From Heptranchias perlo (lineage: Eukaryota), in assembly GCF_035084215.1 (NCBI RefSeq), contig NC_090348.1, forward strand, positions 9,796,001 through 9,860,000: a DNA stretch of 64,000 nt, in the 5' to 3' direction. The position numbers and the translations under genes were made by a program. Of this stretch, positions 27,701-40,230 are shown piece by piece (the stretch's first letter is position 1; each line of letters opens with the position of its first letter). The notes under the pieces are model-generated. The model was not told the DNA's origin and ran no database searches. It saw only the letters and a program-made list of their open reading frames with translations.

Positions 27701-30700
27701 ACAGAAACACTGCACAACACTAATCCAGTAACAGAAACACTGCACTACACTAGTCCAGTAACAGAAACACTGCACAACACTAGTCCAGTAACAGAAACAC
27801 TGCACTACACTAGTCCAGTAACAGAAACACTACACTACACTAGTCCAGTAACAGAAACACTGCACTACACTAATCCAGTAATAGAAACACTGCACTACAC
27901 TAGTCCAGTAACAGAAACACTGCACTACACTAGTCCAGTAACAGAAACACTGCGCTACACTAATCCAGTAACAGAAACACTGCACAACACTAGACCAGTA
28001 ACAGAAACACTACACTACACTAGTCCAGTAACAGAAACACTGCACTACACTAATCCAGTAACAGAAACACTGCACTACACTAATCCAGTAATAGAAACAC
28101 TGCACTACACTAATCCAGTAATAGAAACACTGCACTACACTAATCCAGTAACAGAAACACTGCACTACACTAATCCAGTAACAGAAACACTGCACTACAC
28201 TAGTCCAGTAACAGAAACACTGCACAACACTAGTCCAGTAACAGAAACACTGCGCTACACTAATCCAGTAACAGAAACACTGCACTACACTAATCCAGTA
28301 ACAGAAACACTGCACAACACTAGTCCAGTAACAGAAACACTACACTACACTAGTCCAGTAACAGAAACACTGCACTACACTAATCCAGTAACAGAAACAC
28401 TACACTACACTAATCCAGTAACAGAAACACTACACTACACTAATCCAGTAACAGAAACACTACACTACACTAATCCAGTAACAGAAACACTACACTACAC
28501 TAATCCAGTAACAGAAACACTGCACTACACTAATCCAGTAACAGAAACACTGCACAACACTAGTCCAGTAACAGAAACACTACACTACACTAGTCCAGTA
28601 ACAGAAACACTGCACTACACTAGTCCAGTAACAGAAACACTACACTACACTAGTCCAGTAACAGAAACACTGCACTACACTAGTCCAGTAACAGAAACAC
28701 TGCACTACACTAGTCCAGTAACAGAAACACTACACTACACTAGTCCAGTAACAGAACCACTATGCTACACTAGTCCAGTAACAGAACCACTATGCTACAC
28801 TAGACCAGTAACAGAACCACTACACTACACTAGTCCAGTAACAGAACCACTACACTACACTAGTCCAGTAACAGAACCACTACACTACACTAATCCAGTA
28901 ACAGAAACACTGCACTACACTAATCCAGTAACAGAACCGCTACACTACACTAGTCCAGTAACAGAAACACTACACTACACTAGTCCAGTAACAGAAACAC
29001 TGCACTACACTAATCCAGTAACAGAACCGCTACACTACACTAGTCCAGTAACAGAAACACTGCACTACACTAATCCAGTAACAGAAACACTGCACTACAC
29101 TAGTCCAGTAACAGAAACACTGCACTACACTAATCCAGTAACAGAACCGCTACACTACACTAATCCAGTAACAGAAACACTGCACTACACTAATCCAGTA
29201 ACAGAAACACTGCACTACACTAGTCCAGTAATAGAAACACTGCACTACACTAATCCAGTAACAGAACCGCTACACTACACTCGTCCAGTAACAGAAACAC
29301 TACACTACACTAGTCCAGTAACAGAAACACTACACTACACTAATCCAGTAACAGAAACACTGCACTACACTAGTCCAGTAACAGAAACACTACACTACAC
29401 TAGTCCAGTAACAGAAACACTGCACTACACTAATCCAGTAACAGAACCGCTACACTACACTAATCCAGTAACAGAAACACTGCACTACACTAATCCAGTA
29501 ACAGAAACACTGCACTACACTAGACCAGTAACAGAAACACTGCACTACACTAATCCAGTAACAGAAACACTGCACTACACTAGTCCAGTAACAGAAACAC
29601 TACACTACACTAGTCCAGTAATAGAAACACTGCACTACACTAATCCAGTAACAGAAACACTACACTGCACTAGTCCAGTAACAGAAACACTACACTACAC
29701 TAGTCCAGTAACAGAACCACTACACTACACTAATCCAGTAACAGAACCACTACACTACACTAATCCAGTAACAGAACCACTACACTACACTAATCCAGTA
29801 ACAGAACCACTACACTACACTAATCCAGTAATAGAAACACTACACTACACTAGTCCAGTAATAGAAACACTACACTACACTAGACCAGTAACAGAACCAC
29901 TACACTACACTAATCCAGTAACAGAACCACTACACTACACTAATCCAGTAATAGAAACACTACACTACACTAATCCAGTAACAGAAACACTGCACTACAC
30001 TAATCCAGTAACAGAACCACTACACTACACTAATCCAGTAATAGAAACACTACACTACACTAGTCCAGTAATAGAAACACTACACTACACTAGACCAGTA
30101 ACAGAACCACTACACTACACTAATCCAGTAACAGAACCACTACACTACACTAATCCAGTAATAGAAACACTACACTACACTAATCCAGTAACAGAAACAC
30201 TGCACTACACTAATCCAGTAATAGAAACACTACACTACACTAATCCAGTAACAGAACCACTACACTACACTAGACCAGTAAGAGAACCACTACACTACAC
30301 TAGTCCAGTAACAGAACCACTACACTACACTAGTCCAGTAACAGAACCACTACACTACACTAGTCCAGTAAGAGAAACACTGCACTACACTAGACCAGTA
30401 ACAGAACCACTACACTACACTAGTCCAGTAAGAGAAACACTGCACTACACTAGACCAGTAACAGAACCACTACACTACACTAGACCAGTAACAGAACCAC
30501 TATGCTACACTAGTCCAGTAAGAGAAACACTACACTACACTAGACCAGTAACAGAACCACTGCACTACACTAGTCCAGTAACAGAACCACTGCACTACAC
30601 TAGACCAGTAACAGAACCGCTACACTACACTAGACCAGTAACAGAACCACTACACTACACTAGACCAGTAACAGAACCACTACACTACACTAGTCCAGTA

Positions 30701-31228
30701 ACAGAACCACTACACTACACTAGACCAGTAACAGAACCGCTACACTACACTAGACCAGTAACAGAACCACTACACTACACTAGACCAGTAACAGAACCAC
30801 TACACTACACTAGACCAGTAACAGAACCACTACACTACACTAGTCCAGTAACAGAACCACTACACTACACTAGACCAGTAACAGAACCACTACACTACAC
30901 TAGTCCAGTAACAGAACCACTACACTACACTAGACCAGTAACAGAACCACTACACTACACTAATCCAGTAACAGAACCACTACACTACACTAGTCCAGTA
31001 ACAGAACCACTACACTACACTAGTCCAGTAACAGAACCACTACACTACACTAATCCAGTAACAGAACCACTACACTACACTAGTCCAGTAACAGAACCAC
31101 TACACTACACTAGACCAGTAACAGAAACACTACACTACACTAGTCCAGTAATAGAACCACTACACTACACTAGTCCAGTAACAGAACCACTACACTACAC
31201 TAGTCCAGTAACAGAACCACTACACTAC
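15791..31228. repeat. ~15.4 kb tandem array of a 30-bp unit TA(G/A)TCCAGTAACAGAA(A/C)CACT(A/G)CACTACAC, roughly 520 copies
   Basis: Directly visible. 25-bp deletion variants occur mainly at 15.8-19.3 kb plus one at ~23290; fixed 30-bp phase from 23311 to the end. Confidence 0.99.
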
Positions 31229-31709
31229 CATCCTACCTGCGTATGAAGCCACCCCTCCAACCAACTTCCTCATTCAGCATTTTCCAAAAAGGCTTCAAAA
31301 TTCTCTTCTGTTCCTCCAGTCATCACTGATCCTGGTGAGCTGCTCTCTCCACTCTCACTGTGTTGACCAATTGGTTCACCCATGTCCGTATTACTGGCAC
31401 TTCCCTGCCCCTTCTGTACTGGAATAGTTAGCTGCTTTCTCCCTTTAACCAGAATATATATACTGTCCCAGAACTTGTAGTACTATCACTTAGCTCATAT
31501 CTTGTTCTATCATAACTAGATTGTATTTCTCATCGTTGGATAATTATGTGCCATAATATAAGACTGAGTGTCTATATAACATGTGCACCAAATCAGCTCC
31601 GGCTCACCACATCTCCAACAAGTGTCTAGAAAGATACTTTCTGCCAGAAACAATTATGAGGGTTAAAGTGAATGGAATTACAGTGTACTTGCATGTAGCA
31701 TGCAAATAT

Positions 31710-31985
31710 CATCCATGGCTCAGTAGTAGCACTCTTGCCTGAGTCAGAATGTCAGAAGATAAAAGATCCCACGGCACTATTTCGAAGAAGAGCAGGGGAG
31801 TTCTCCCCAGTGTCCCGGCCAACATTTATCCCTCAACCAACATCGCCTAAAACAGATTATCTGGTCATTATCACATTGCTGTTTGTGGGACCTTGCTGTG
31901 CGCAAATTGGCTGCCATATTTTCTAGATTACAACAATACTACACTTCAAAAAGTACTTCATTGGCAGTTCTCTCTTTATCTTTCT
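31710..31985 (+). mobile_element. DeuSINE (SacSINE1-like) with internal deletion
   Basis: Head CCATGGCTCAGTAGTAGCACTCTTGCCTGAGTCAGAA joins directly to TAAAAGATCCCACGGCACTATT, skipping the B-box region present in 54257-54715. Confidence 0.8.
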
Positions 31986-32952
31986 ACAAGCTACAACACT
32001 TCCTTTCCTCTATTCTTGCCACATCCATTCCTAATGCCACAAATGGGGACTCCATTCCCTATTGTGCTTTTTGAATCATAACCTTCCAACAATGGGCTTC
32101 TTACTTCAATTAACTTTCCTGGCTCTGTGTGAATTGGGATTTCTAGATCAAACCTCAACAACTGGCCCATCATTAAACAGATTTTTAGACAAACTGTTCC
32201 AGTTCAAATTGTCTCGTAAAAGGACCTAAAATCTGAGTCACAATCCATCCATACTTGTTTTTGCATTAACTCCTTTTCCACACCACACAGTACTTTCCTT
32301 GTTGTCCTTCCCGTGCCAACTACCTTTTGTTGGCAGTTGTTTTTACTGTAGGTCTATGCCTACTGGGAACTGGGTTGATTTTGTCTGCATATATTCAATG
32401 TAGGACTCTTACAGCCAACAAAGAGAGGACACTTCCATCCCAGCAGTCTGGCTTGCACATCCCAGAGATCAAAGGACACGGCCTGTACCCACTGAAATAC
32501 CCAGCTGGTTTCGCCATTCTTTGCTCTCTAACACATGCCCAAAACCAGAAGTACCAACCTCCGGATCAGCCACAGTGACAGAGCGAACCACATCTGCCAC
32601 TGTTCCACGAGCAGCCTGTGAGGAAAGGTTCAGCAAACGCATAGCTGATGTCTGCTTGGCCTGTAGTATCGAAAATTCAGCTAGCTGCAGTACAAGTCTG
32701 CTGGGTTTTTTATTCAATGCACTACAGGCAGATTGTTGGGGATAGAATTGGAATATTAATCAGTTGTTGTGAAGGGTTATGGCTGAAATGTTAGTCTAAC
32801 ATTCCCCTTTATAGTTGCGAACTGACCAGCGTATTTCCAGCACTTTTGTTTATTCTTAAATGCTTATTACTCTCATAGTACAGACGTTATCCCATGACTG
32901 CATAAAAAAAGAGCTCACAGAGAAATGTCATACAAGAGCAGCAAGACTTCAT

Positions 32953-33733
32953 GGGCTCAATTTTAAAACCGAGCCAGGAAGGGGATCAAATTGAGGACGG
33001 GAAACCCATTAGTACGGGTTTTCCAGACGTTCTTATGATTTTGACGTAAGGACGTCTTTTATTTTGTTTTTGTCGGTTTCCTGCCCGACTGACCGGCCTG
33101 ATTGACAGATTGGTCTCAGTCAGACGGGAGACTAGCCAGGGAGAGGACGTCTGCAGGGAAGTCTTTGTTGTATGGATGGGGGGGGGGGGGCATGGGGGCA
33201 TGGGTTGGCACGGGGTCGTGAGTCATGGAGTGGAAGGATCGGGATCGGAGGATCGGGGTGGGGGGGGTGGATCGGGGTCGGGGGTCGGAGGATCGGGGTC
33301 GCAGGCTCCGTGATTGGGGGGGAGTTCCGCGATCAGGGGTCGGGTGTCCGCAATCGTTTGGGGGTCAGTGCAGGTAGGCTTGTTGGGCCTGGGGGAAGCA
33401 ATCCTGCTCCTCCAGGCCCACAAGCAGTGCCTTTCTAGGCACCTACCTGTTAGTCTCGGGCCTTCTTGCCTCCTTTCACGAGGTGTAAAACAGAAGGCCC
33501 GGGAATCCCGGCCCCCCGGGGTTGAAATCGGGAACTCCAGAAAAACGGAGGCCCGAAGCCTCCTTGAAAGGTTTTAAGGCCCGACCTGCCTCCTGGGAGC
33601 GGGTTGGTCACCTGTCCCTCTTCCTGCCCCGGTGAAAACCAGAAATGGGCGGGTTGGAGGCGGGTCTGAAATGGTGGCAATTTTCATTGCCCCACCCCCA
33701 ACCCACCCAATTTTTACTTTGAAAATTGAGCCC
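32953..33733. mobile_element. GC-rich PIF/Harbinger-like MITE
   Basis: Perfect 12-bp TIRs GGGCTCAATTTT / AAAATTGAGCCC; flanks CAT/TAT (3-bp TSD with 1 mismatch); internal GATCGGG G-rich repeats. Confidence 0.8.
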
Positions 33734-34704
33734 TATGTATGAGCTTCTCGGATTAGAAATTATAGTTCAGAGTTCTTTTTGTTGTTGTCAGGAAAGAAAG
33801 ACAATATGCAAAACTGTCTATAGATAAACATATCTGCAGGAGCACTTTTTAGAAATATTAATGGATGCAAGTTTGCACAATGAGGAGAAGGCAAAGCTTC
33901 CAGCGGCCGATTTTCCCAGTGCTAGTCTGTCTCTCCTAGTGTCCTAGGCACACAAGGCCAGTCTCTTCTGCACCTTCATGTTTTGGTTAATTGCTGCTCC
34001 TGTCCCCAGGTGATGTCTTCTTCCAGTAGGTTCCCCTCTAAAGTGCATCACCGGGCTGTCCTTAAGCAGTGCCCGGTGCAGGATACTAGAGTCTTGAATA
34101 CTGAACGCCTAACAAGTTAACTTACCGGCAGCTGCTTTGCTGCTTCTCTATCTTGTTAGTGACTTTATCTGTTCAGCTCATTGAGTATCTTGTGAAGATA
34201 TCTTGAGGGATGGAGGGGGAAGATTGCCTCCAAGTGCTACATATGACAAGGTTGTAAGAATGGGTGTGAAAGAGAAGTCCACCATGCCTCAAACAGAAAA
34301 TGCAGTATTTATTTTTGATATGACTTTAGATACACAGAAGTGTGAAAATTGGCTTTGGTTCGCTGTGGCAGAGACACAAGAGCAGGTTTTCCAATCAACA
34401 AAGGTCACATATGAATGTTTAACATGCTTGTATTACATACATGTGTTACAGGTGTTAGCTCTTGTCTAACTAAAAATAGTCCAGAGAAAAATGTCATACA
34501 AGTCGGTAAGCATTAGGATAAGCGTTAACTTCGCTGATCAGCTTATACCTCAGGAGTTCTTTCGTGTTGGGCGTCAGGGAAGAAACACAATATGCGAAAC
34601 TGCCTAGAGATAAAAATATTTCAAGGGGCCATCTAACCAAGCCAGTTCCGTGCAGTGATAACACTGCCTGTACTCATAAGTTGATTGCATCAGAAATGAC
34701 CTCA

Positions 34705-35268
34705 GTGTTAGATTTTAACCCCCTGCAGATTTCGGGCGGAGGGAAGGCGGGGTGAGTGCAAAATGCACTTGCAGGCCTGAGTTTGAGGCCCAGGGTATTT
34801 TATCTCCTGGGCCGCACCTCCAGTTGCCCGCCCGAAAGAGGTGGAAGGTGGCAGCTGGCCGGCAGGTGGGAGTGGAAGCTCAGGTAGCCAGAGACTGCCT
34901 GCCGGCACCAAATGGAGCAGGTTGAGTCGCGGGAGGGGGTTTCGTAATGGTCCCGTGAGAAGGGGAGGGAATCCGGGGGGGCAGGAGAGGCCACGGGTCT
35001 CCTCCTGGCCCCATAAAGGAAAGTTTTTAAACTTACCTTGGAGGGCCTCTTCGTCCTCTCAGCAGCTGCTGACATGGCGGGAAAGCTATGGCAGCTTCCC
35101 CAATCAGGCCAGGGATAAAGTGTGATCGGGGAGGCATCCATCCGAGTCCAGTGAGGGGGCCTTACCTATCGCCAAACCAGCGGTATCAAAATTCGAAACT
35201 GGTGGGAGCGGAGCAGACAATGGGATTGTTCCACTCCCGCTGAGCACAGAGAATTAAAATTCCACCCC
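34705..35268. mobile_element. GC-rich MITE, degenerate TIRs
   Basis: GTGTTAGATTTTAA ... TTAAAATTCCACCCC bracket a GC-rich island. Confidence 0.5.
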
Positions 35269-35825
35269 TCATGTTTTTGAAATGTTATTTCATGCAGGTT
35301 TGCAGCCTTGGGTGAAGATATAACTCATTGAGGCTGATGTTCCTAGGACTGTATCCAGGGAACGCCTATTCTCTGGGTGCAAAGGTCAGGAAAAAATCCT
35401 GGGATTTCCAGAACATCCCCAAAGGGCACCTGCAATATGCAAAGGTCATTGGTTCCTGTGAATGCGAGTTTAGAAAGCATGTCCACACCTTACTTTCCTG
35501 CCCTTGCCCCAAAAGGGCACCCAGACATACAGGTGCTCAGAGAAGTTGGCCATGAGCCTTGGGCCAGGGACCCCTTCAGATCAGAGGGTCTGAGGGACCC
35601 AGGAAACAAGACAATGGAGTCTGCAAAGCTAGGTGACAACTTCTGCCTGCAGCCTCCCAAAGGTTCTTCTAGCCTGTAGCCCTTCTAGCTGCTACCGGAG
35701 GCAAGCAACTGGTTCACCAGCTTCAGGCCTCTCTGAGCTGTTTACGACATGGTCCACCAAATTTGGGCACTCTGACTGGCAGAGCACACTTCAAGTGTAC
35801 GTTATTTGTCCAGTGGCTGGGCAAA

Positions 35826-36098
35826 AGAAGATCATTGGCAAAAGAACCAGGAGGGAGATGAAAAGAATTTTTTTTAACGCAGCGAGTTGTTATGATCTGG
35901 AATTCACTTCCTGAAATGGTGGTGGAAGCAGATTCAATAGTAACTTTCAAAAGGGAATTGTATATTTGAAAAGGAAACATTTGCCAGGCTACAGGGAAAC
36001 AGCACGGGGGAGTAGGACTACTTGGATAGCTTTTACAAAGAACAGGCATGAGCACGATGGGCCGAGTGGCCTCCTTCTGTAATGTATGAATCTATGAA
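35826..36098 (+). mobile_element. CR1 LINE 3' end
   Basis: FF-QRVV-IWNSLP-type coding end, GGGCCGAGTGGCCTCCTTCT hairpin, TATGAATC tail. Confidence 0.8.
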
Positions 36099-36721
36099 GA
36101 GGTGGGGCCAAGAAAATTGACCTCATTATCTCTAATGGCTGAACCATCAAGAAAGTTTCACTCTAGTCGAAATCGAAATATCTGTTGTTTTAGCCCTTGG
36201 CAGATGCAGGAGCCCTGGTGATGTCTGTCAGATTGCTAATTATTGTGTCCTGCCAGTATTTGCATGATATCTTTGATCTATTTTTTGTTGAAACCTCTCT
36301 TTGGAAGCTTAGAAAATTTATAAGAGCTGGGATCTTTCCCCAAAGACCTCAGTTGCCTGATTTGACTGCCTGTTTCCACATGGAGCGCTCAACAGGGGTT
36401 CCGTGGGGATCGGGGATCAATTAAAAGGTTCCGGAAAGAACTACAAAGATTTTGGGCTCTTGCTTTTGAAACAGTTTAAGTATGGCGTAATATTGTCCTG
36501 CTATTACCTTACTATGTATTTCTGCTTCGGTTAATTGTCTCTTTTGTAAATGAACTTGACCATTAATTCTACTCCAAACACAACAATCTGACAATGTTAT
36601 ATTTGCTGCCTTTCGAGAGGGGGCAGAGTGTGGTGGACACCATACATTTTTCTGGCAGATAATACTGTGGTAAAAGGGTAAATGTTAGTCCAGCGGCACT
36701 CTATCCCATTCACGTCATGCA

Positions 36722-37315
36722 AACAACAACTTGCATTTATATAGCACCTTTAACATAGAAAATGCACCAGAAGGCATTTCACAGGGGCATAATCAAAAGA
36801 TGGACATCGAGTGACCAAAAGAGTTGGGTTTTACGGAGGGTGTTGAAGGAGGAGAGGGAGGTGGAAAGGTTGAAGAATTGAGGGTGGAAATTCCAGAGTT
36901 TGGGGACTAGGAAGTTGACGGCCAATGGTGGGCTAAAGGGGGGAGAGGACGAATGCAAGAGGCCAGAGTCAGAGGAGCAGAGTGTAGGGGTCGAGGAGGT
37001 TACAGAGATAAGGAGAAGCACAGCCATGAAGGGATTTAAACACAAAGATGAGAATTTTAAATTTGAGGCATTGGGGGACTGGGAGCCATTATAGGTCAAC
37101 GAGGACAGGGTTGATGGGTGAGTGAGACTTGGTTTAGGATAGGACATGGGCAGCACAGTTTTGGATGAGCTGAAATTTATGGAGCATGGGAGGCCAGCCA
37201 GGAGAGCATTGGCATAGTCAAGTCTGAAGGTGACATGGATGAGGGATTCAGCAGCAGCTGGGCTGAGATAAGAGCAGAGGGGGGTGGTTACAGAGGTGAA
37301 AGTCAGCAGTCTTCA
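36722..37315 (-). mobile_element. L2 LINE 3' fragment
   Basis: Tail CTTGCATTTATATAGCACC; purine-rich L2 body, colinear with 56780-57560. Confidence 0.8.
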
Positions 37316-37739
37316 TTTCGTAGGAGTTGCAGGTCTGCTTATTACTGTGCCTTTTTACTGTGAACTTAACTTTAAGTGTGGGAGAGAGCCCAAACTATTA
37401 ACAATGGGATTCTGATAATGTTACACACAGAACACAGAGGAAATCAGCTCCCTCTGTGTAAGAAGTGTCACATTTCTTCTGGAGCCTTTGTCACTAGCCA
37501 GGTTTTCACACCATCGAGTAGGGTGAGCAAGACACTGTTATTGTACAGTCTGACCTTTGTTTTGAGGGAGAGAGTGTAGTGTTTCTCCAAATGTTATCTC
37601 GTTTGTTAAAGGCACCAACTGCTTTGCCAACTTTAGCTGATAACTCTTCCAATATTAGCACTGCTGCATATTATATTTCCACGATAGGGGAAGTGGCTGA
37701 TGTTCTGTAGTGTCTCTCCCCTCGGCTGGGTGTCATCAT

Positions 37740-38700
37740 CGCTGCCATCCATTCCAATCTTCGCGGTCTTTTGTTTTGTTCTGAGATTTTTACTTTGACT
37801 TATTGCTTGGTTTTATTGTTGATGTCCTTTTTTCTTTTGTTTTTGCCAACAGTGCTCTAGCCACTGTGAAATCTAGACCTCCAAGTGTTTTCTGTCTTCA
37901 GTTTCAGCCCATGGTTCTCTGCGTTTTGACCCGTGCATTATCAGTCCATACAATGCAGGGGTGATGATACACATGTCCGCTGCCCTCCAGTCTTTATTTT
38001 GTACCACTCTTGTTGTTATATCTTCCCTTTAATACAACTTTCCCTTACATCGGAGAATTTCTTAATGTTTAATGTACTTTCTGGGGAAATCCACAACACA
38101 GTGCAAAATTTGCCAGTGTGCAAGACTAAAAATTCTATCAAAGGTCTTTTCAAAATCACTGTAGTTAACTATTAACCTGACACCTTAATACATTTCACTA
38201 CGATATTGTTAAGTACAAAGATTTGATCATTGCATGATCTTCCATTTCTAAAGTCAACCCGTCTCCGCATCTCTTTTCCATTTACAGCTGAGCTAATCCT
38301 GTTCAGCAGTGTGATGTTAAATACCTTTCATTGGGCCTGTAGTGAAGCCAGTCCATAATGCCCTGCAACAGGTCTCCCTTCTTTTAGGTTCCTTTTTATT
38401 CCACCTCTCTTCCAGTCCATGCGATTCTTGTCTTGCACTCATACATTATTTGACAATTTGCCATTCTCCCCCCAAGTTCTTAACCATTTCCGCTGCTACA
38501 TTGTAAGCTCGTGAAGGACTCTCTGATCTTCATCTTTATGACTTCCTTGTCTTATTTAAGTTCACATTCATACCTTGGGTTCTATCACGTTCTCTCTGGA
38601 ATATTTAGCTTTACTTGTGGTTGAGGTGTGCTCAGGGGTGAATTATCCTGACCAGACTGAACAGTTCTCGAGTATCGCTCCTTTTAATTGCAAGCATATT
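37740..38700 (-). mobile_element. Ancient RTE-clade LINE RT remnant (many stops and frameshifts; not in the ORF track)
   Basis: Manual minus-strand translation gives DWKRGGI, KVFNITLLNRI, DFRNGRSCNDQIFVLNNIV and NYSDFEKTFDRI..WQIL, in the order of the RTE RT motifs. Confidence 0.7.
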
Positions 38701-39955
38701 TAAAAATAAAACGACCAGCTTTAACAAACTGTAAACAATTAAAGGTTCCATTTTACAATTTGTTCAGAAGCCCCCTTCGGACTAAGGGGAGTGAGGGAGA
38801 ATCATTATGCTGCAAGAAAGTACAATTACAGCCCACTAAAGAGAATTTTCCCAACTGTGTTCTCCCAGCTCTTTGCTTTGACATCCTAATAGAAGTCAAT
38901 AGTTACAAATGGATTTGTTAATGTTATGATAAAGGCAGCAGAGAATGGTTGCACCATCACTACCATCTCTGTCTGAGCACTCTCCTGCCTTGAGGTCATT
39001 CATGTACTTTTGTCAAGAGTGCATCTGAATACCATATACCTCACAATTAATGTTCCCAGCAGTATGACTTGAGAGCGAACACAGATGTCACATTCCTAGA
39101 AATTTCCACACCCATCGAACAGATAAACGTATCACTGTTCTCCTGTCCCTGTGCTAGATCAAAACAGAGCAACATAGCTTTTTGTGACTAAGGAGGAAAA
39201 CAGAAAAGAAGTGACAAGATACGACAGAAGAACTGTTAATCCAAACTACGACACTACACAAAAATAAAAAGCTCCATCTGTACTTTATAATCGTGGTACA
39301 CAATCTACTAAAGCAACATATTCAGCTTGTAACTCCCTGTCTACTCAGAACAGGGATGCAAGAATTGTTACAAAAGGGAGGTCAGGACTGTTTAAAACTG
39401 CTACAGTACCAAACTAAAGGAAGTGCTGATATCCAGGGGCTTTTCTTCACTCTTATAGCCCTGACTCAGAGCAAGTACCAGAGCTAACACCAAGTATATT
39501 ACAACAAATAGCTAGCCACTGTTTTGCTTTGACATGATCTGTTGAGTTAGAGGCCATATTTCCTACTGTATGGTAAATTTAGTGGCAGGAGATATGCACT
39601 TCCAGTAGAAAGCACCAAGTCCGTGTTTAACAATGCTCCAAGGATTACCCATTCAAAATGGTAAATGAACAGAAGCTGGATGAAAATGCAGTTGTGTGCT
39701 TGTTGAGACCTTGTTCAAGGCCGATCATGGAAAAAACTTCTGCAAAGTTACATATGGTGGCAGAAAATCAAAGAATTAACTTCAGGTCAGGGGTAACATC
39801 AGTGATCTTAACAAGTAGGAGGAATATTTCGGGCCTGTTACAGTTCACAGCCAATTAAATTTATGTCTATGGAGAGCACGATCTCCCTCCCTAAGCAATA
39901 TAAATTGTAAACAATTTTACAACACCAAGTTATAGTCCAGCAATTTTATTTTAAA

Positions 39956-39994
39956 TTCACAAGCTTTCGGAGGCTTCCTCCTTCGTCAGGTGAA
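39956..39994 (-). ncRNA. Minimal hammerhead ribozyme motif in the PLE 3' region
   Basis: Exact reverse complement of 42570-42608. Confidence 0.8.
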
Positions 39995-40230
39995 CGATGT
40001 GAAAATGAAATCCTCGAAATGAAATCGCATTTATAATTCACAGAACAATGCTTGGTGATAACAGACAGTTTTTTCAACTGCCCGTTGCCAAGGCAATCAG
40101 TGTGCAGACAGACAGGTGTTACCTGCCAGGTCTCACAGAATATACAAATCACCAAAAAAAAAACAACAAACAAAAAAAAACAGAAATAGAGAGGTAGAAA
40201 CATAGAAAAGACAGCAACTGACCCGTTATA

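Noticed and set aside
19525-28315. Cys/Trp-rich ORFs (VVQCFCYWIS)n on the minus strand
   Set aside because: They are translations of the satellite; the common TACAC variant puts TAG stops in that frame.
15791-31228. CRISPR array or telomeric repeat
   Set aside because: No unique spacers, no cas genes, no TTAGGG; the unit derives from a SINE head.
39946-40203. Hydrophobic 85-aa ORF, duplicated at 42361-42618
   Set aside because: It lies in the T-rich PLE 3' region; duplication reflects the inverted arms and the hydrophobicity comes from poly-T.
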